Shown here: positions 26,189-39,664 of the stretch, piece by piece
How the letters are laid out: each line of letters opens with the position of its first letter
How positions within the stretch are numbered: the first letter of the stretch is position 1
Assembly (NCBI RefSeq): GCF_006345805.1
Contig: NC_043012.1
Location: 45,074,001-45,138,000 of the forward strand
DNA: 64,000 nucleotides
Direction: 5' to 3'
DNA from: Octopus sinensis
Lineage: Eukaryota
Made by a program: the position numbers and the translations under genes
The notes under the pieces: generated by a model
Databases searched by the model: none
What the model was told of the DNA's origin: nothing
What the model saw: only the letters and a program-made list of their open reading frames with translations

Positions 26189-26417
26189 TTACAAGTGTTC
26201 AATATGGCCACCACCTGCAGCACGGGCAACATCAATACGATAAGGGAATCCCTCCCAGACGCCTATCAGCATATCATGATCCACTGATTTCATCGCTGTT
26301 GTTATTCGATGTTATAGGTCATCGAGGTTAGTGGGTAGCGGTGGTACATAAATGCGATCTTTTACAAACCCCCACGAGAAAAGATCACATACGGTGAGGT
26401 CTGGGGATTTCGCAGGT
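26189..26417 (-). pseudogene. C-terminal fragment of an IS630-Tc1-mariner transposase
   Basis: Translates as PAKSPDLTVCDLFSWGFVKDRIYVPPLPTNLDDL*HRIT...GGHIEHL*, matching the SPDL-P-D-F-WG-VK and G-HIE terminal motifs. Confidence 0.8.
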
Positions 26418-27169
26418 CAAGCACATATATCTATACATATATTTGCATATATGTAAATACTAATACTACACGCATATATACACATATACGCACAGACATT
26501 TGTATGTACATACACACTTACGTGCATACGCATTCACAATCAAGCAAATGCTGTCATACACACACTCATACCCAGATTAAATAGTCAGTCAGACACTCAA
26601 TAATGTTTAGCCTTAATTACCTGAAACTATCAATTCGTTGAGATTTGCTTCCGCCCATTTTTTGACTTGTGATGTCTCGCAGACATTCCTTTCTCATTGA
26701 TTTATGGCGTTCAGTCGTAATGGCACCCAATAGCAGCACGTTTTACGTTCAACTTTTGCATTGTCTACGGCGACAGCATTCCAACACAAATACATACAAC
26801 ACATACGCATGTGTTCTACTGTAGAGGCAGGCTTAAATAATTTATATATACATCTGACTTGATAATTTTATACATAATAAATACACATACATACTTACGT
26901 GTGTGTGTGTGTGTGTGTGTGCGTATGCGTGTGAAAATGTATAGAAATTAAGAGAAAATATCCACCAAACTAATAAGAGAACTACTTTGACCTTGTTAGT
27001 CTTGCAAAGCATTGATTAGAATTGTTGATTTCTGCATTCAGCATATTAAATGTTGAGCTTTGTTGAAAATGTTGGTCAACTATAAATAAGGACCCGTCAA
27101 GCACCGGCACCAGTGTAAATGACTGGCACCCTCCACCAAAATTTTAGGACTTGTTTCTGTAATAAAGGT

Positions 27170-27719
27170 TTCTTCTTCTTCTTCTTCTTCTTCTTCTTCT
27201 TCTTCTTCTTCTTCGTCTTGCTCGTCCTTCTCCCCTTCCTCCTCCTCTTCTTCTTCTACTTCTTCTTCTTCGTTTTCTTTTCTTCCTCTCCTATCGTCTT
27301 TTTTTCTTCTACTTCTTCTTCTTCGTCTTGCTCCTCCTCCTCCTACTCGTCTCCTCCTCTTCTTCTTCTTCTTTCTTCTTCTTCTTCCTCTCCTTCTCTT
27401 CTTTTTTCTTCTTCTTCTTTTCTTTTTCTCTTCTTCTTCTTCTTCTTCTTCTTTTCTTTTTCTTCTTCTTTTTCCTCTTCTTCTTCTTCTTCTTCTTCGT
27501 TTCCTTCTTCTTCTTGTTCTTTTTCTTCTTCTTCTTCCTCCTCCTCCTCTTCCTCCTCTTCTTCTTCTACTTCTTCTTCTTCGTCTTGCTCCTCCTCCTC
27601 CTCTTCCTCCTCCTCTTCTTCTTCTTCTTCTTCTTCTACTTCTTCTTCTTCTTCGTCTTGCTCCTCCTCGTCCTCTTCTTCTTCTTCTTCTTCTTCTTCT
27701 TCTTCTTCTTCTTCTTCTT
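27170..27719. repeat. ~550-bp (TTC/TCC)n polypyrimidine tract
   Basis: Seen directly. Confidence 0.97.
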
Positions 27720-27858
27720 GAGTGAGAGAGCAGTGCATGCCATCAAAGTGACATTGGGATACAAATATACGAAGCCCAATATACACACCACGACCACCCG
27801 TCTGATGATGGTACACCAGGCTCATGCATCACAACCATATATGCGCGACTTATGTTAT
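27720..27858 (-). mobile_element. 3' fragment of the ~460-bp microsatellite-associated interspersed repeat (see 59026-59486)
   Basis: tgagtgagagagcagtgcatgccatcaaagtgaca...acaaccatat aligns by eye with 59026-59150. Confidence 0.75.
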
Positions 27859-27859
27859 T

Positions 27860-28975
27860 TTTTTTTTCCTATTGAGGCGCGGTGCAGTCATTGTTATGTT
27901 ACAGCTAGTATTGTGCTTTGGGTTATCTAGCTTGCTGGTGGAAGTTTATTTCACTGGGTAAATGCTGCATAGAGTGCGTTGTGTATTTATGAGATGTTTT
28001 GTTTAGATTGTATTATTGGATTGATAGTGTCTTGCGTAGGATGTAGGCTGTTCCTAGCAGGGTTATTGTTTGGAGAATGGGTAGTGTTGTGGATCCAACC
28101 AGAGCTTCTACATTTTTGTTCATGCTTTTTTTATCGTACCCAATGCTCAAATGTGGAGGCATATAGCCTAGTGGTTAGAGCAGCGGACTCGCGGTCGATG
28201 GATCGCGGGTTCGAATCTCAGACCGGGCGATGTGTGTGTTTATGAGCGAAACACCTAAGCTCCACGCGGCTCCGGCAGAAGGTAATGGCGAACTTCTGCT
28301 GACTCTTTCGCCACGACTTTCTCTCATTCTTTCCTCCTGCATCTTGCAGCTCACCAGCGACGGACCGGCGTTCTGTCCAGGTGGGGAACCTAATTGCCGA
28401 GGAAACCGGGAAACCGGCCCTTATGAGCCAGGCATGGCTCGAGAAGGAACAAACAAACAAATGCTCAAATTATTATTGGTATTGTTTCCACCTTCATGAC
28501 CCACAGTTTGGATGCTTCAATTTCGAGGTCTTTGTACTTTGACAATTTCTCCACTTCTTTTTTGACTATATTTTGATCAGAAGAGACTGCAATGTCTATC
28601 AGTAAACAGAGGTTTTTTTTCCCCAATCTTTGACTATTATGTCTGGGCGATTAGCTTTTATTTCTTTGTCGTGTTTCTATACGCATTCAGACTTGGCAAG
28701 GACTGAACAGCCCAAGATAATGTGGTCAACAGTTACATTGTTTGGTTGTACATTTTGCATTTGGTGTTGGGGTCTGTCTTCATTATTTTGCTTTTATATT
28801 TTTTATATTTTTGTTTTTATAGACATTGCTCTTCCGTTTCGGGTTTTAGTCCAAAACGTTTGAGCCATTGTTGGATTTTTCTTTGGCTCACGTCCTCTCT
28901 GTTAAGCCTTGATGGGTATTCATCATGAAGTGATTCTTCTCTCCATTTCTTCTCAGTATATTTTGTAATTCAGTT
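27860..28975 (-). mobile_element. Decayed 3' fragment of an R4/Dong-clade retrotransposon (second family), interrupted by a SINE
   Basis: Broken frames give QQWLKRFGLKPETE, CLLIDIAVSSDQNIVKKEVEKLSKYKDLEIE and ITLLGTAYILRKTLSIQ*, the restriction-like endonuclease C-terminus. Confidence 0.85.
28153..28459 (+). mobile_element. tRNA-derived SINE family C with 11-bp target-site duplication
   Basis: A-box tagcctagtgg, B-box ggttcgaatct and an (AAAC)n tail. The TSD aatgctcaaat is at 28142-28152 and 28460-28470. Confidence 0.9.
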
Positions 28976-29209
28976 TTCGTACTGGGGTCAATCTAATCGA
29001 CTGGCCCCCTCCTCAAATATTTTGGGCCTTGTGTCTAGAGTAGAAAAGGATATCTAGTGTATCTTTTGATATGGTCATTATAACTTGTAAGGCTCTGTTG
29101 TATCTATTTATCCTTTCATAGAGCTGTTTATTTTTCTGCAGCCTGGGGAGACGTTTACGCTGGTCCATATTTATCGACTGTGTGATGTTTAGTTCGTCTT
29201 CTACCTTTA

Positions 29210-29399
29210 CCGCGCCGGGCAAAATGCTTAGCGGTATTTCGTCTGTCTTTACATTCTGAATTCAAACTCCACCGAGGTCGACTTTGCCTCTCATCCTTTC
29301 GCAGCCAATAAAATAAGGGCCAGTTGAGCACCGAGGTCGATGTAATCGACTTATACCCTGCCCCGACATTGTTAGCCCTGTGCCAACATTTGAAATCAT

Positions 29400-29400
<1 letters not shown>
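29210..29400 (+). mobile_element. SINE family A, 5'-truncated, tail running into (TAC)n
   Basis: gcggtatttcgtctgtc...gaggtcgactttgcctctcatcc...gaggtcgatgtaatcgactt. Confidence 0.75.
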
Positions 29401-29430
<30 letters not shown>

Positions 29431-30169
29431 TCAGAAGACACAATCTGATGTATTTCTGATATCGCATTTCGTCTCTGGATTGTTTGTTCGAAGCTCAAAC
29501 AGCGTAACAAAAATATTTTCTGTTAATACACTTTTATACACGATGTATTTCCAGTCTGCGGACAAAATGGTCTGTGTTGGTAAATCATATTGTTATCAAT
29601 ATTGTGTGGGTATATGTATAAACTGGTGATGTAGAATCCAACCAAAAAACAATCATATTGAAAACAAATGTGTTTCTTCGAATAAGAACATAAGGGAAAA
29701 ATGAACAGGAGTATTTTATAGCAAAGTGCATGCAATTTATGATAGGAAAATATTGGTTTATCTGTGGAAAACTATTTTGTAGAGAGTGATTCTAGCGAAA
29801 CATTTGGAAAAGATAATAACAAAAATAATACACGAACATCCACAGAAGTTTGTCAAATGAAAGTAAAGATACATACATGTGTGTAGAACTAGTTTCGTCC
29901 CTTGTCAACAAAGGCTGCCACAGGCCAATTTTGTAAATTAGACGAACGAATAACCACATAACAATATTGTGTAACAAAAACGGTAGGTTTTTACTCGAAT
30001 CTATTAGGGAAGAACTATAGAAAAGGAGAGTGGCCTAGCTGCAGTTTGCTAAAGCCTCAACAGTTTTTTTTTGTGCCTTCCAAATACAAATTTAGGAGCT
30101 GCATTTGCGCAATACGTTTCATGAGATCAGATGCACAGATTGGGGGAAGAGATAGGCTCCTTAATCATA

Positions 30170-30560
30170 CGTTAGACACAAAGCCTGAAATTTCGAGGTA
30201 GGGGGTAAGTCAATTACATCGGTCCCAATCCTCCACTGGTGCTTATTTTATCGAAAGGATAAAAGACGACCTGAGCGGGCATTTGAACTTCGAACGTAGT
30301 CAGAAGAAATGTTGCTAAGCATTTAGTTTGGCGTGCTAACGGTTATGCCAGCTCGCCGCCTCAACCTGACCAGAAAAATCCGTTTCTGTCATAGGCACAA
30401 AACCTGAAATCTTGGAAGAATAAAACCTATTTTATTGACTCCGAAAGGATGAAAGGCCAAGTCGACCTCTGCGAAATCTGAACTAGGAACGTGAAGCCAG
30501 AAGAAATACCGGAAATCATTTTCCCCAGCAGCGAACGATTGTATCAGCTCACCGCCTTAA
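30170..30560 (-). mobile_element. Two adjacent diverged SINE family A copies (~30170-30362 and ~30385-30560)
   Basis: Each has gaaaggat(g)aaa...gacct...gaact and a gctc(g/a)ccgcc head on the minus strand. Confidence 0.7.
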
Positions 30561-30735
30561 CCTGACCAGAAATAATATAAAATGGCAGAGAGCTAGACAG
30601 AAACAGAATAAGAGACAGGAAGGGAGAAAGAGGACGATGAGAAACTACTGGAGTAGTAAAAATTTAAGAATCTCTGATCTGAATCACGTGGTAGTTCCTC
30701 ACACCAATGAGTGTATATATGTGTGTATGTATGTG

Positions 30736-30811
<76 letters not shown>

Positions 30812-32502
30812 TTTGTATGTTTGTGCGTATGTGTGTTACTCAAACCTATACGTTTAAAATGTAACAAATATCTTCATTTAATAATTATGTGTCTTACATA
30901 TGTGCGCAACAAATATCAAAGTTTTATACATTTTCTATATGCGACCTCCTTAGCCTTAGGCTAAATTTTTCTTCCCATCACACCACTTTATTGTAATCTT
31001 CACGTGTAAGATTTCGTTTGGATCGTATGTAACTTACAAATAAATTAGAATTCTTAGAGTGTCGGGCAAAGCTCCTGGCAGCATTTGATTACGGCTCTAA
31101 TGATCATATCTGTGTGAAATATTTTATAGTTCACAAAGAATGTTTTTATTTGATAGATTTCGTTGTTTCACGATGTTGGCTCAGCAGAATAGTGTGGTAG
31201 ATGCTCCGCAATGACGAGCATTTTAGGCAGCCGACGTGTTTGCCTTAAGCACGAGTCAGCTCATGTTTTGCAAATGCAAAGGGTTGGTGGAAGAAGTGGA
31301 AGGCCGTTGGATGGATTGTAGCTAATTAAGTCAATTCTGCCTGAAGAAACAAATGTCGGTGGAATTCTACTTCAATTACATAATGCTTCAATGAATATAG
31401 CAGTTTATATGAATGAATAAGAGGTATACTCATTATGAAATGTACGGAGATTCATCATTAATTAATATACCTCCGCTGAAATCGGTTTTGCCTGTTATCC
31501 TTTCGGGGTCGATGAAATAAGTCCCAGTTGGGGTCAGTGTAATCGACTACCTTCCACTCCCTAAATTTCCGGCTTTATACCTATAATAACTATCGATTAG
31601 AAATAGAAATAATTAACAGTTACTTACTATGTTGAGTCATAAGAATTGAAAGATTGTTTTGATAGAATGCAAGAACACCTTCGGGCAGCCTTCCGCTTTT
31701 TCTATTCAAATAGGTTTTTTTCAGGCCAATATTTACATGCAATTATTTATAGTTCTATGTGTTCGGTCCGAGGTATCTCGCTCTTAAAAGAATTATAAAT
31801 TAATATAATTTCATAGACATTCGTGTGATCTTTCATTATGTTTTTGTTAATGATGGTGAGACTGATGGAAAAATTGGGAACATATGGGTCTCCCAACTAA
31901 TTTTGGTACCTAACTGAAAATAATTCACCACAATTTAACATCCTTGTCTTTTTGAAATGCATGAAGACCACCCCTACGTCATTCTGCCTTTAAATGTACG
32001 GTGATGTAGTGTGAGTAAGAAATCAATGTTATTTCTCGAGCAACTACATTATGTAAAGATTCTCTCATCTAAACACATATGCAAGATAACTCATACGCAA
32101 GCACATGCACATCTTAACACATCCTCACGCCTCACACACACATACACACACACAAACACACACACGTACACACACACAAACACACACACACACAGACACA
32201 TACACTCACACACGTACACACGCACCACACATACACATGCACACACACAATTCCAATATATATGCATATCTTTATATATATACACACACAAACACCGAAC
32301 ATATATAAGTTAGACTCATTAATAAATAGCACATACGCACCAATTTTCACATACATATATGTCTCTTAAACCTAAACAACACAGACATTTAGTTATACAT
32401 TTTCAGGTTCACATATTTACACATATATAGGCTTACACTTATACTCAGAAAGAAGCACGCACAAACATATACATACATACAATACATACATACATATAGC
32501 AT

Positions 32503-32564
<62 letters not shown>

Positions 32565-32565
32565 C

Positions 32566-32601
<36 letters not shown>

Positions 32602-33805
32602 AACATACTATTACCATACACTCGTAAATAGATGCTCTCACATACGTTTATACACAATCTAAACACGCTATCACACACACACATACACACAGTCTGTACA
32701 AATGAATACAAACTTTGACAAACACATTCACACGTACAAACATTCACCTACATACATTTACATTCACACGTACGCACATACACACGCTGCATTAACCAAC
32801 TCACAGCTTTCCATAAATTAAGACTCAGTCTTTTACTTTAATAGCGGCATTCACACAAACACCAGCGAAACAACAACCACCACCATTACCACTCGTAACA
32901 ACAAACATTTTAACATTGACGACGACGATGACGACAACAACAACAACAATGACAACAACAACATTAACATCAATATAACAGCACCTCCCTGACCTTCTTC
33001 ACTCTTTAGCAGCGCTTGTTACACCTACTTCTTTGGTGATTCCAGCATTTTCTGTTTATTAGTCTCGGTTTTAATAGCTATTGCTCAGTGCCGTTTCTAA
33101 TACGACTTGTCTGAGAACAACATCGGAACTAATATAATTTCCATTCTGCTTCCTTGACTCTTTTATACATGGTATTTTGGGACTTATTAGCTTCCACTCT
33201 ACTCTTTTTATCCCCCACCTACACTATTTTCGCTTCTGTTCACTTTCTACTCGAGAAACATACTTTGAGACGATTTGTATGTTCAGACACAGCTCGCTTC
33301 CATGAAAGTATTAATACTTTTGCTGCAGGCACAAAGAATCTTATAACAAGGCTTATAAATTAGTGTGGCATGTTTTGACAATTGAGCAAAATTTCGTGCT
33401 TCAAATTGGACAGACTTTTGCAGCAGTGTCATTGGTCTTCTTTTATCTACAGCCAGAGCTGCTATTAGGAAGGAAATGCTGTGTGATCAAGGGTTAGAAT
33501 TCAATACAACGAGAAGTGCTGTGCTCTGAGAATAAGGGCAATAGTTCTTCGCTTTATAGTTTTATTGGCGCTGGTTTGCTAGCTCAGGCTGCAACATATT
33601 TAGTTCGACTGAAAATATTGTTAAACATATATGTCTGCATGTTGCTATATACATACATACATACATACCTACATACTTACATACACACGTATATAGAAGA
33701 TAGAAACATAGAAAAATATACATAGATATATATTTAACACACTACACACACACACAAGGTTGTGTGTGCTGAACGCATGTACGTACGTATGCATGTGTGT
33801 GGTGT

Positions 33806-33919
<114 letters not shown>

Positions 33920-34387
33920 AACAGCGTTAGATTTCGACGTCACAATGTGAATAATATCAATGCACAGCCAGAAATATGCGTGTTTTATTAGAGTAAAACG
34001 TCTATAGAGACGAATAGTAATGAATATTTGTTTATATCTGTACATATATGTATGTGATTATGTATGTGTGTATGTATATGAGGGGGGGGGGGTCTGTGTG
34101 AGCGTGTGCTGTCTTTGTACATAAATATAATACTGTCTTCCCTCTATTTCCCCATTCTCTCTCTCTCTCTTTCTCTCTCTCTCTATATCTCTATAATATA
34201 TTATATATATGTATGTATTATGTATGTATGTATGCATGTATGTATACGTCTATACATAACATATATATACATGTGTGTGTGTGGATATACATACGTAATA
34301 CATAAATACATGTATTCATGTATGCGTGCATATCTATATCTATCTATCTCATATCTATCTATCTAATCTATCTATTATATATATATA

Positions 34388-34434
<47 letters not shown>

Positions 34435-34887
34435 CAATAATAAATCTCTGAACGAGGTAATAAAACAGTAACTGCACGACAATGTGAGGTATACTTGCCA
34501 TCTCAATATGGCTAACCACTAAGGTGGGTGTTACTGTAGCTTGTAGCCCCAGGAGAACATCCCCCCCAGGTGGCTTTAGGCACACTTTATGTACTCTAAG
34601 GTATTTGCAAAGGGAGGTCACCCTTCCCTCGTCAACCTAAATGATACGTACGGACTGCAGTTTCTAGGTATTGACCTGTCATTAGCGTACGACAATCAGC
34701 GGTTTTCGATGATAAAGTGTTCCAATGCAAATCCTTATATATCGTTTTTCCAGTAACGTTTCGTCACTGATCTCGAAAAACTGTATGCAAGCAATAATAA
34801 ATCTCTGAACGAGGTATAAACAGTAACTGCACGACAATGTGAGGTATACTTGCCATCTCTTGCCAGGATTTGCATTGGAAAACTTTT

Positions 34888-34987
34888 NNNNNNNNNNNNN
34901 NNNNNNNNNNNNNNNNNNNNNNNNNNNNNNNNNNNNNNNNNNNNNNNNNNNNNNNNNNNNNNNNNNNNNNNNNNNNNNNNNNNNNNN
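34888..34987. other. Assembly gap (100 N)
   Basis: Run of N. Confidence 1.
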
Positions 34988-35246
34988 GATGTGTTAAAGT
35001 TTTGAGTGTTCTAATCCTCCATGTTTTATCATCCTTCGCTATATTTCTCTTTTATGTTTTCTTCATATTGTTCAGTATGGTTGAGCTTAATTTCTAATGC
35101 AAACACAACAGGAAAATACGTATATGTACGCATATATATATATATATATATATATATAAGTGTGTGTGTGTGTATATATATATGTACATATATGTATATA
35201 TATGCATATATATACATATATAATACACACACCACACACACACAAC

Positions 35247-35286
<40 letters not shown>

Positions 35287-35364
35287 ATAATAATAGTAGG
35301 GAGTAAATCCAAACTTACAGGGAAAAATTAGATTTAGGATTAAATCTAATTTTATAGTATAAAT

Positions 35365-35680
35365 ATATATTATATTGAATTAGAGATAAAACCACTATTA
35401 GGCAAATCAAACAGTGAAAATCATAAACCAATACATAGAAATAAAATTAATTAAAAAAATATATAAAAAATATAAAATATATATAAAATTCCAAATTAAA
35501 ATTAAAATTAAAATTAAAATTAAAATTAAAAATTAAAATTAAAATTTAATTTGGAATCTTATATATATTTTATATTTTTTATATATATTTTTATTTAATT
35601 TTATTTCTATGTATTGGCTTACGATTTTCACTGTTTGATTTGCCTAATAGTGGTTTTATCTCTAATTTAATATAATATAT
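35365..35680. repeat. Inverted repeat with ~135-bp arms around a (TAAAAT)n spacer
   Basis: gaattagagataaaaccactattaggcaaatcaaacagtgaaaatc...ttccaaatt is mirrored by aatttggaa...gattttcactgtttgatttgcctaatagtggttttatctctaatt. Confidence 0.9.
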
Positions 35681-36467
35681 ATATATATATCTGAGCCATC
35701 ATCAGACTGCCGAAACGTCGAAGTTACTGTCAATAGCATTCTTATATGGTAATAATAAATTTGTAGTCTACAAAAGTATGGAGCAACCCATCGGATTAAT
35801 GTAATGGTTAAAAGAATAAAAGAGTAGGACCAGTTAATTATGATTTCATTCAATTTATTCCTCTCTCAGATTCACACACTGATTGCAGCGGCCTGTCAGT
35901 TTTTTAAACACATGTATAGAGAGGCATCCCAACATATATTCATATGCATACTCACACATGCAAACATAACCTTACTTATATATAGAACCATGTACACACT
36001 CGTAAGGATGGTGCAGTTACACATGCACTCAGTAAACCTTAGCCGAATTTGTAATTGGTAATTCTTAATTGTATTCACCTGATGAAAATGTTTCCTATGG
36101 TATTTTCTTCTTTTTTTTTTGCAATGGTGGAACATTCCTGTTCATCAATACAGCTGTAGCGAACTACCATCCATCTGTTGCTATTATCATTCTTCATCTA
36201 ACTCGGAACCTTCAATTTGCTTTGATCTGGTGTCTATAGACGCCGGTGCAATAGATGCAGTTAGTCTATCTATGTATGACTTAGATGAGACGTTGTGTAT
36301 TAAGTCATCCACTTACGAATGGACGCGTAACTGGAGGAACAAATCCGTATTTGCATTAGCAAGTACGCATTTGCCGCTATATATTGTTTGTACACAATCA
36401 CACTATCCTTGGTGTTTCAATATTTAAATACCTTGTCTCTCAAAACCCGGAAATTTATATATATATA

Positions 36468-36498
<31 letters not shown>

Positions 36499-36560
36499 AA
36501 TGGTGGACCGCTGAAATCTACGAGTTTTTTTTCATTCTCTCTTTGTTTATTTTCTCCTAT

Positions 36561-36598
36561 TCTTTCTGGTGAAGAGCGTAGACTCGAAACGTAAAAGA
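36561..36598 (+). ncRNA. Degenerate minimal type I hammerhead motif in a (TA)n-flanked Penelope-type tail (~36495-36685)
   Basis: Reads TCTTT-CTGGTGA-A-GAGC(GTAG)ACTC-GAAAC-GTA-AAAGA, giving a 5-bp stem I, a palindromic ACGT stem III and a GUA cleavage triplet. It has an A6-to-G change and an extra A after A9. Confidence 0.6.
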
Positions 36599-36964
36599 CT
36601 TTTTCATTTTCTCGAGTGTCAAACTCATACACTTGCTTGTTCATACACCTGTCTTCGTCTTTTGTTTTTCTAAAAATTTCCAGTATATATATATATATAT
36701 ATAAATATATACACATACATACATACATACATACATACATACATACATACATACATACATACATACATACATACACACATACATACATACAAAGTTCTTT
36801 GGGGTTCTCGAAATGCAGATAAATCTATAAATGATAACATATACATGCGTGTTAGTATTTATATTTTAAAATGTACTTGGAAACTCTGTTCCAAAGAAGA
36901 AATATTTCACGTTCTATCAAAAGATTATCCTTACTTATGACGGTAATAATTTACATATATACAT

Positions 36965-37181
36965 ATGTTCTTTTATTCACGATTTAATTGCAACCGTGCT
37001 GGAGCACCGCCTTAAATGGTTTGAGTCGAAGGAATCGACGTCAGGTCTTATTCTTTGTAAACACAGTACTTTTACAATCGGTGTCTTTTTTGAACCGCTA
37101 GTTATGGGGACATAAACACACCACCATCGGTTTTCAAGTGATGGGGGAACAGACACAAAGACACACACTCACACACGCACA

Positions 37182-37229
<48 letters not shown>

Positions 37230-37385
37230 GACAGGCTTCTTTCAGTTTCCGTCTACTAAATTCACTCACAAGGGTTTAGCCAGCCCGAGGTTATAGTAGA
37301 AGACATTTGTCCAAGGTGCCACGCGGTGAGGCTGAACCCAGAACCATGTACTTGGGAACCAAGCTTCTTGCTACGCAGCCACTCA
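36965..37385 (-). mobile_element. SINE family B copy with internal (TA)n
   Basis: It shares acgacaggcttctttcagtttccgtctac, tagtagaagacatttgtccaaggtgccacgc and the 3' tail with 14714-15131. Confidence 0.75.
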
Positions 37386-38161
37386 TACATAAAAAAAAAA
37401 AAACATTAGAATATTTTGATAGAAAAAGTAGACTTTTTCTGTTGAAAGCAGTTTTTCAATCCAGAGTATGTGTCCTTAGTTATAACTCTATGCACTGTGG
37501 TTCGAGAATCAAGATTCCAAAACGAATTGTTTCGCGTTCTCTCGAACGTTTACACACGCACACACACACACACACACACACACGCAAACGCACACGCACA
37601 CAAACATATATAGTGAATATGTGTGAGTGTGGTGCTGGTGTGTCTATATAGTTTGAGCTTCGACTATTAATTTCCTGTTGAGAAACGTAAGGCCACCGTT
37701 AATGGAGAAAGCGTAGAGCTTGGTTTTGCAAGTTGTGATGGTTCAAATTCATGAAAACGATAATTAGACTATAAATACCATTTCTCCCATTTAATAATTA
37801 AATTTTTTATTTAACTTCTAAACTGATCATTTACTACGTAATATATATGCGTGTCCTGGACACAGTCGCACACATGCATTCACGCATATGCATTCACATA
37901 CACGTACATACATACGCACACACCCATATACAGTGTCCCAAAAACATTATGTACAAGTGTATAATGAAATATATATGTATATGTTTGTGTTTGTGCGTGT
38001 GCGCGCGCGTTTGTAACTGTGATTACATCCATGTTATCTGAAGCAGTCCCTTATAGATAGAAATATCGTAAGTTCTAGTTATTTAATTATAAATGTATAA
38101 AATAACCGTTTTTTCGTGGAAATCAAACTCGCATACAGACATTCATTATTATATAGTGTGA

Positions 38162-38215
<54 letters not shown>

Positions 38216-38544
38216 GCGCGCGTGCGTGTGTGTAAAATATGTTTTAAGGGACACCATTTATTGGTGAAGGTGGGTAACTTACTTTCTTGTGTAGTTACGA
38301 AGTGAAAATTATGTATGGGTAAAAATAAGGAAATTATTATTCTTATCGTTGGTTTCCTCGCATGTAATCGACCTGTTTTACCCAATCACATGACCCTACT
38401 AAGCCTTCAGAAGATTAATGTAGCAACTTTCTATGTTCATGTAGAATTGGCTCAGGAAAGATTTTGTTAGGTTTCCAGCCTGTTTGTGTGTATATATATA
38501 TATATAATATAAATATAAATATAAATATAAATGTATATATATAT

Positions 38545-38633
<89 letters not shown>

Positions 38634-38683
38634 TATATATGAATAACATCTTCGTTCAACTCCATTTATTTATTTATTCATAT

Positions 38684-39484
38684 ACTAGCAGCATAGCCCG
38701 GCGTTGCCCGGGTATGTAAGAGTCCCTAGTAGGCAACGACTAATCCCAATCTAGTCCTTTCCCTCTAGGGAACGAAGGCGCATGTGTAGGTTGCAATCTC
38801 TTCTCTTCACTCCCAAATAACTATCAAACAGCTATCGATAATTCAACCCAACCAATTCCTACCAGGAAGAAATTATATTCGAGACTTTACCCCCAACTTC
38901 TGCTAATAGTTGCTGCAGCCGCAAGTTATTCGAATCCTTTTTTTGTTTACACTTTCTTTATAACTACCACCCCAAACGTTTTACCTTAAATTTTTGACGT
39001 ACCCTAAGGGTCCTCGGACGCTACTTGCAAACTCTTGGTTTATTATAAACTGCTTTTGTCGTGTGCATCAAAAAACCTTTTCCATTCATTTGTTCAGTTT
39101 GGTCACTTTTGACTTTTTCGTTGTTGTCACTCACATTGCTGCCCGCTTTTTTGCCGTTCTTGTACACTTTTATACATTTTGGGATACTTACCTCGCGTGT
39201 TCCGAGAGTTAAAAAGGTCGAGTTGCGTCCCCTAGACTGTCTGTAGAAAATGCGTTGTATATAAAAAGCTTAGATTCTCGACCCATGTCGAATTTATCGA
39301 TTTTTTTTCAGAACTGGGGGAACTTTTCAAAGTTTTCGCTTCGTTAGTTTTGAATTATGACATTGGGCTATGTGTGTGTCAAGTTTCATCAGAATCGGTT
39401 GAAAGCCGCGGTCAGAGTGAGGGTACAATCTAACAGGCACACAGACACACAGACAGACAAACTGCCGTTTATATATAGAGAGAT
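38684..39484 (+). mobile_element. Helentron-type non-autonomous element (HINE/DINE-1-like)
   Basis: It starts ACTAG followed by a GC-rich cccggcgttgcccggg hairpin, carries an (ACAG)-type microsatellite near the 3' end and ends tatatagagagat. Both ends are shared with 54414-54793. Confidence 0.65.
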
Positions 39485-39633
39485 AACACAAATTTCTGCA
39501 CATGAACCCGGAGTTTCTACTCTTGGATAGGTCGCTTCAACCGTGTTTCTGACGTGAATTTGCTACCCTGGTATCGGTTCATCGAATTTTCCATGTTGAC
39601 GGTAAACATAAGATAATTCATTCACCTATCGAC

Positions 39634-39664
<31 letters not shown>

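Noticed and set aside
27802-27825. CTGATGA-TGGTACACCA hammerhead-like start
   Set aside because: No GAAA follows the hairpin, and the homologous copy at 59107 reads ctgataggg.
28153-28230. tRNA-like sequence
   Set aside because: It is the head of a SINE, continuing into a body and tail with a TSD, and has no complete cloverleaf or acceptor stem. The same applies to the family A and B heads.
32980-33500. Possible old RTE-type LINE fragment on the minus strand
   Set aside because: There is only a vague resemblance, with many stops and no diagnostic motif.
34424-34887. ~75-bp direct duplication and short inversion next to the N gap
   Set aside because: It is adjacent to a scaffold gap and probably a contig-end artefact.
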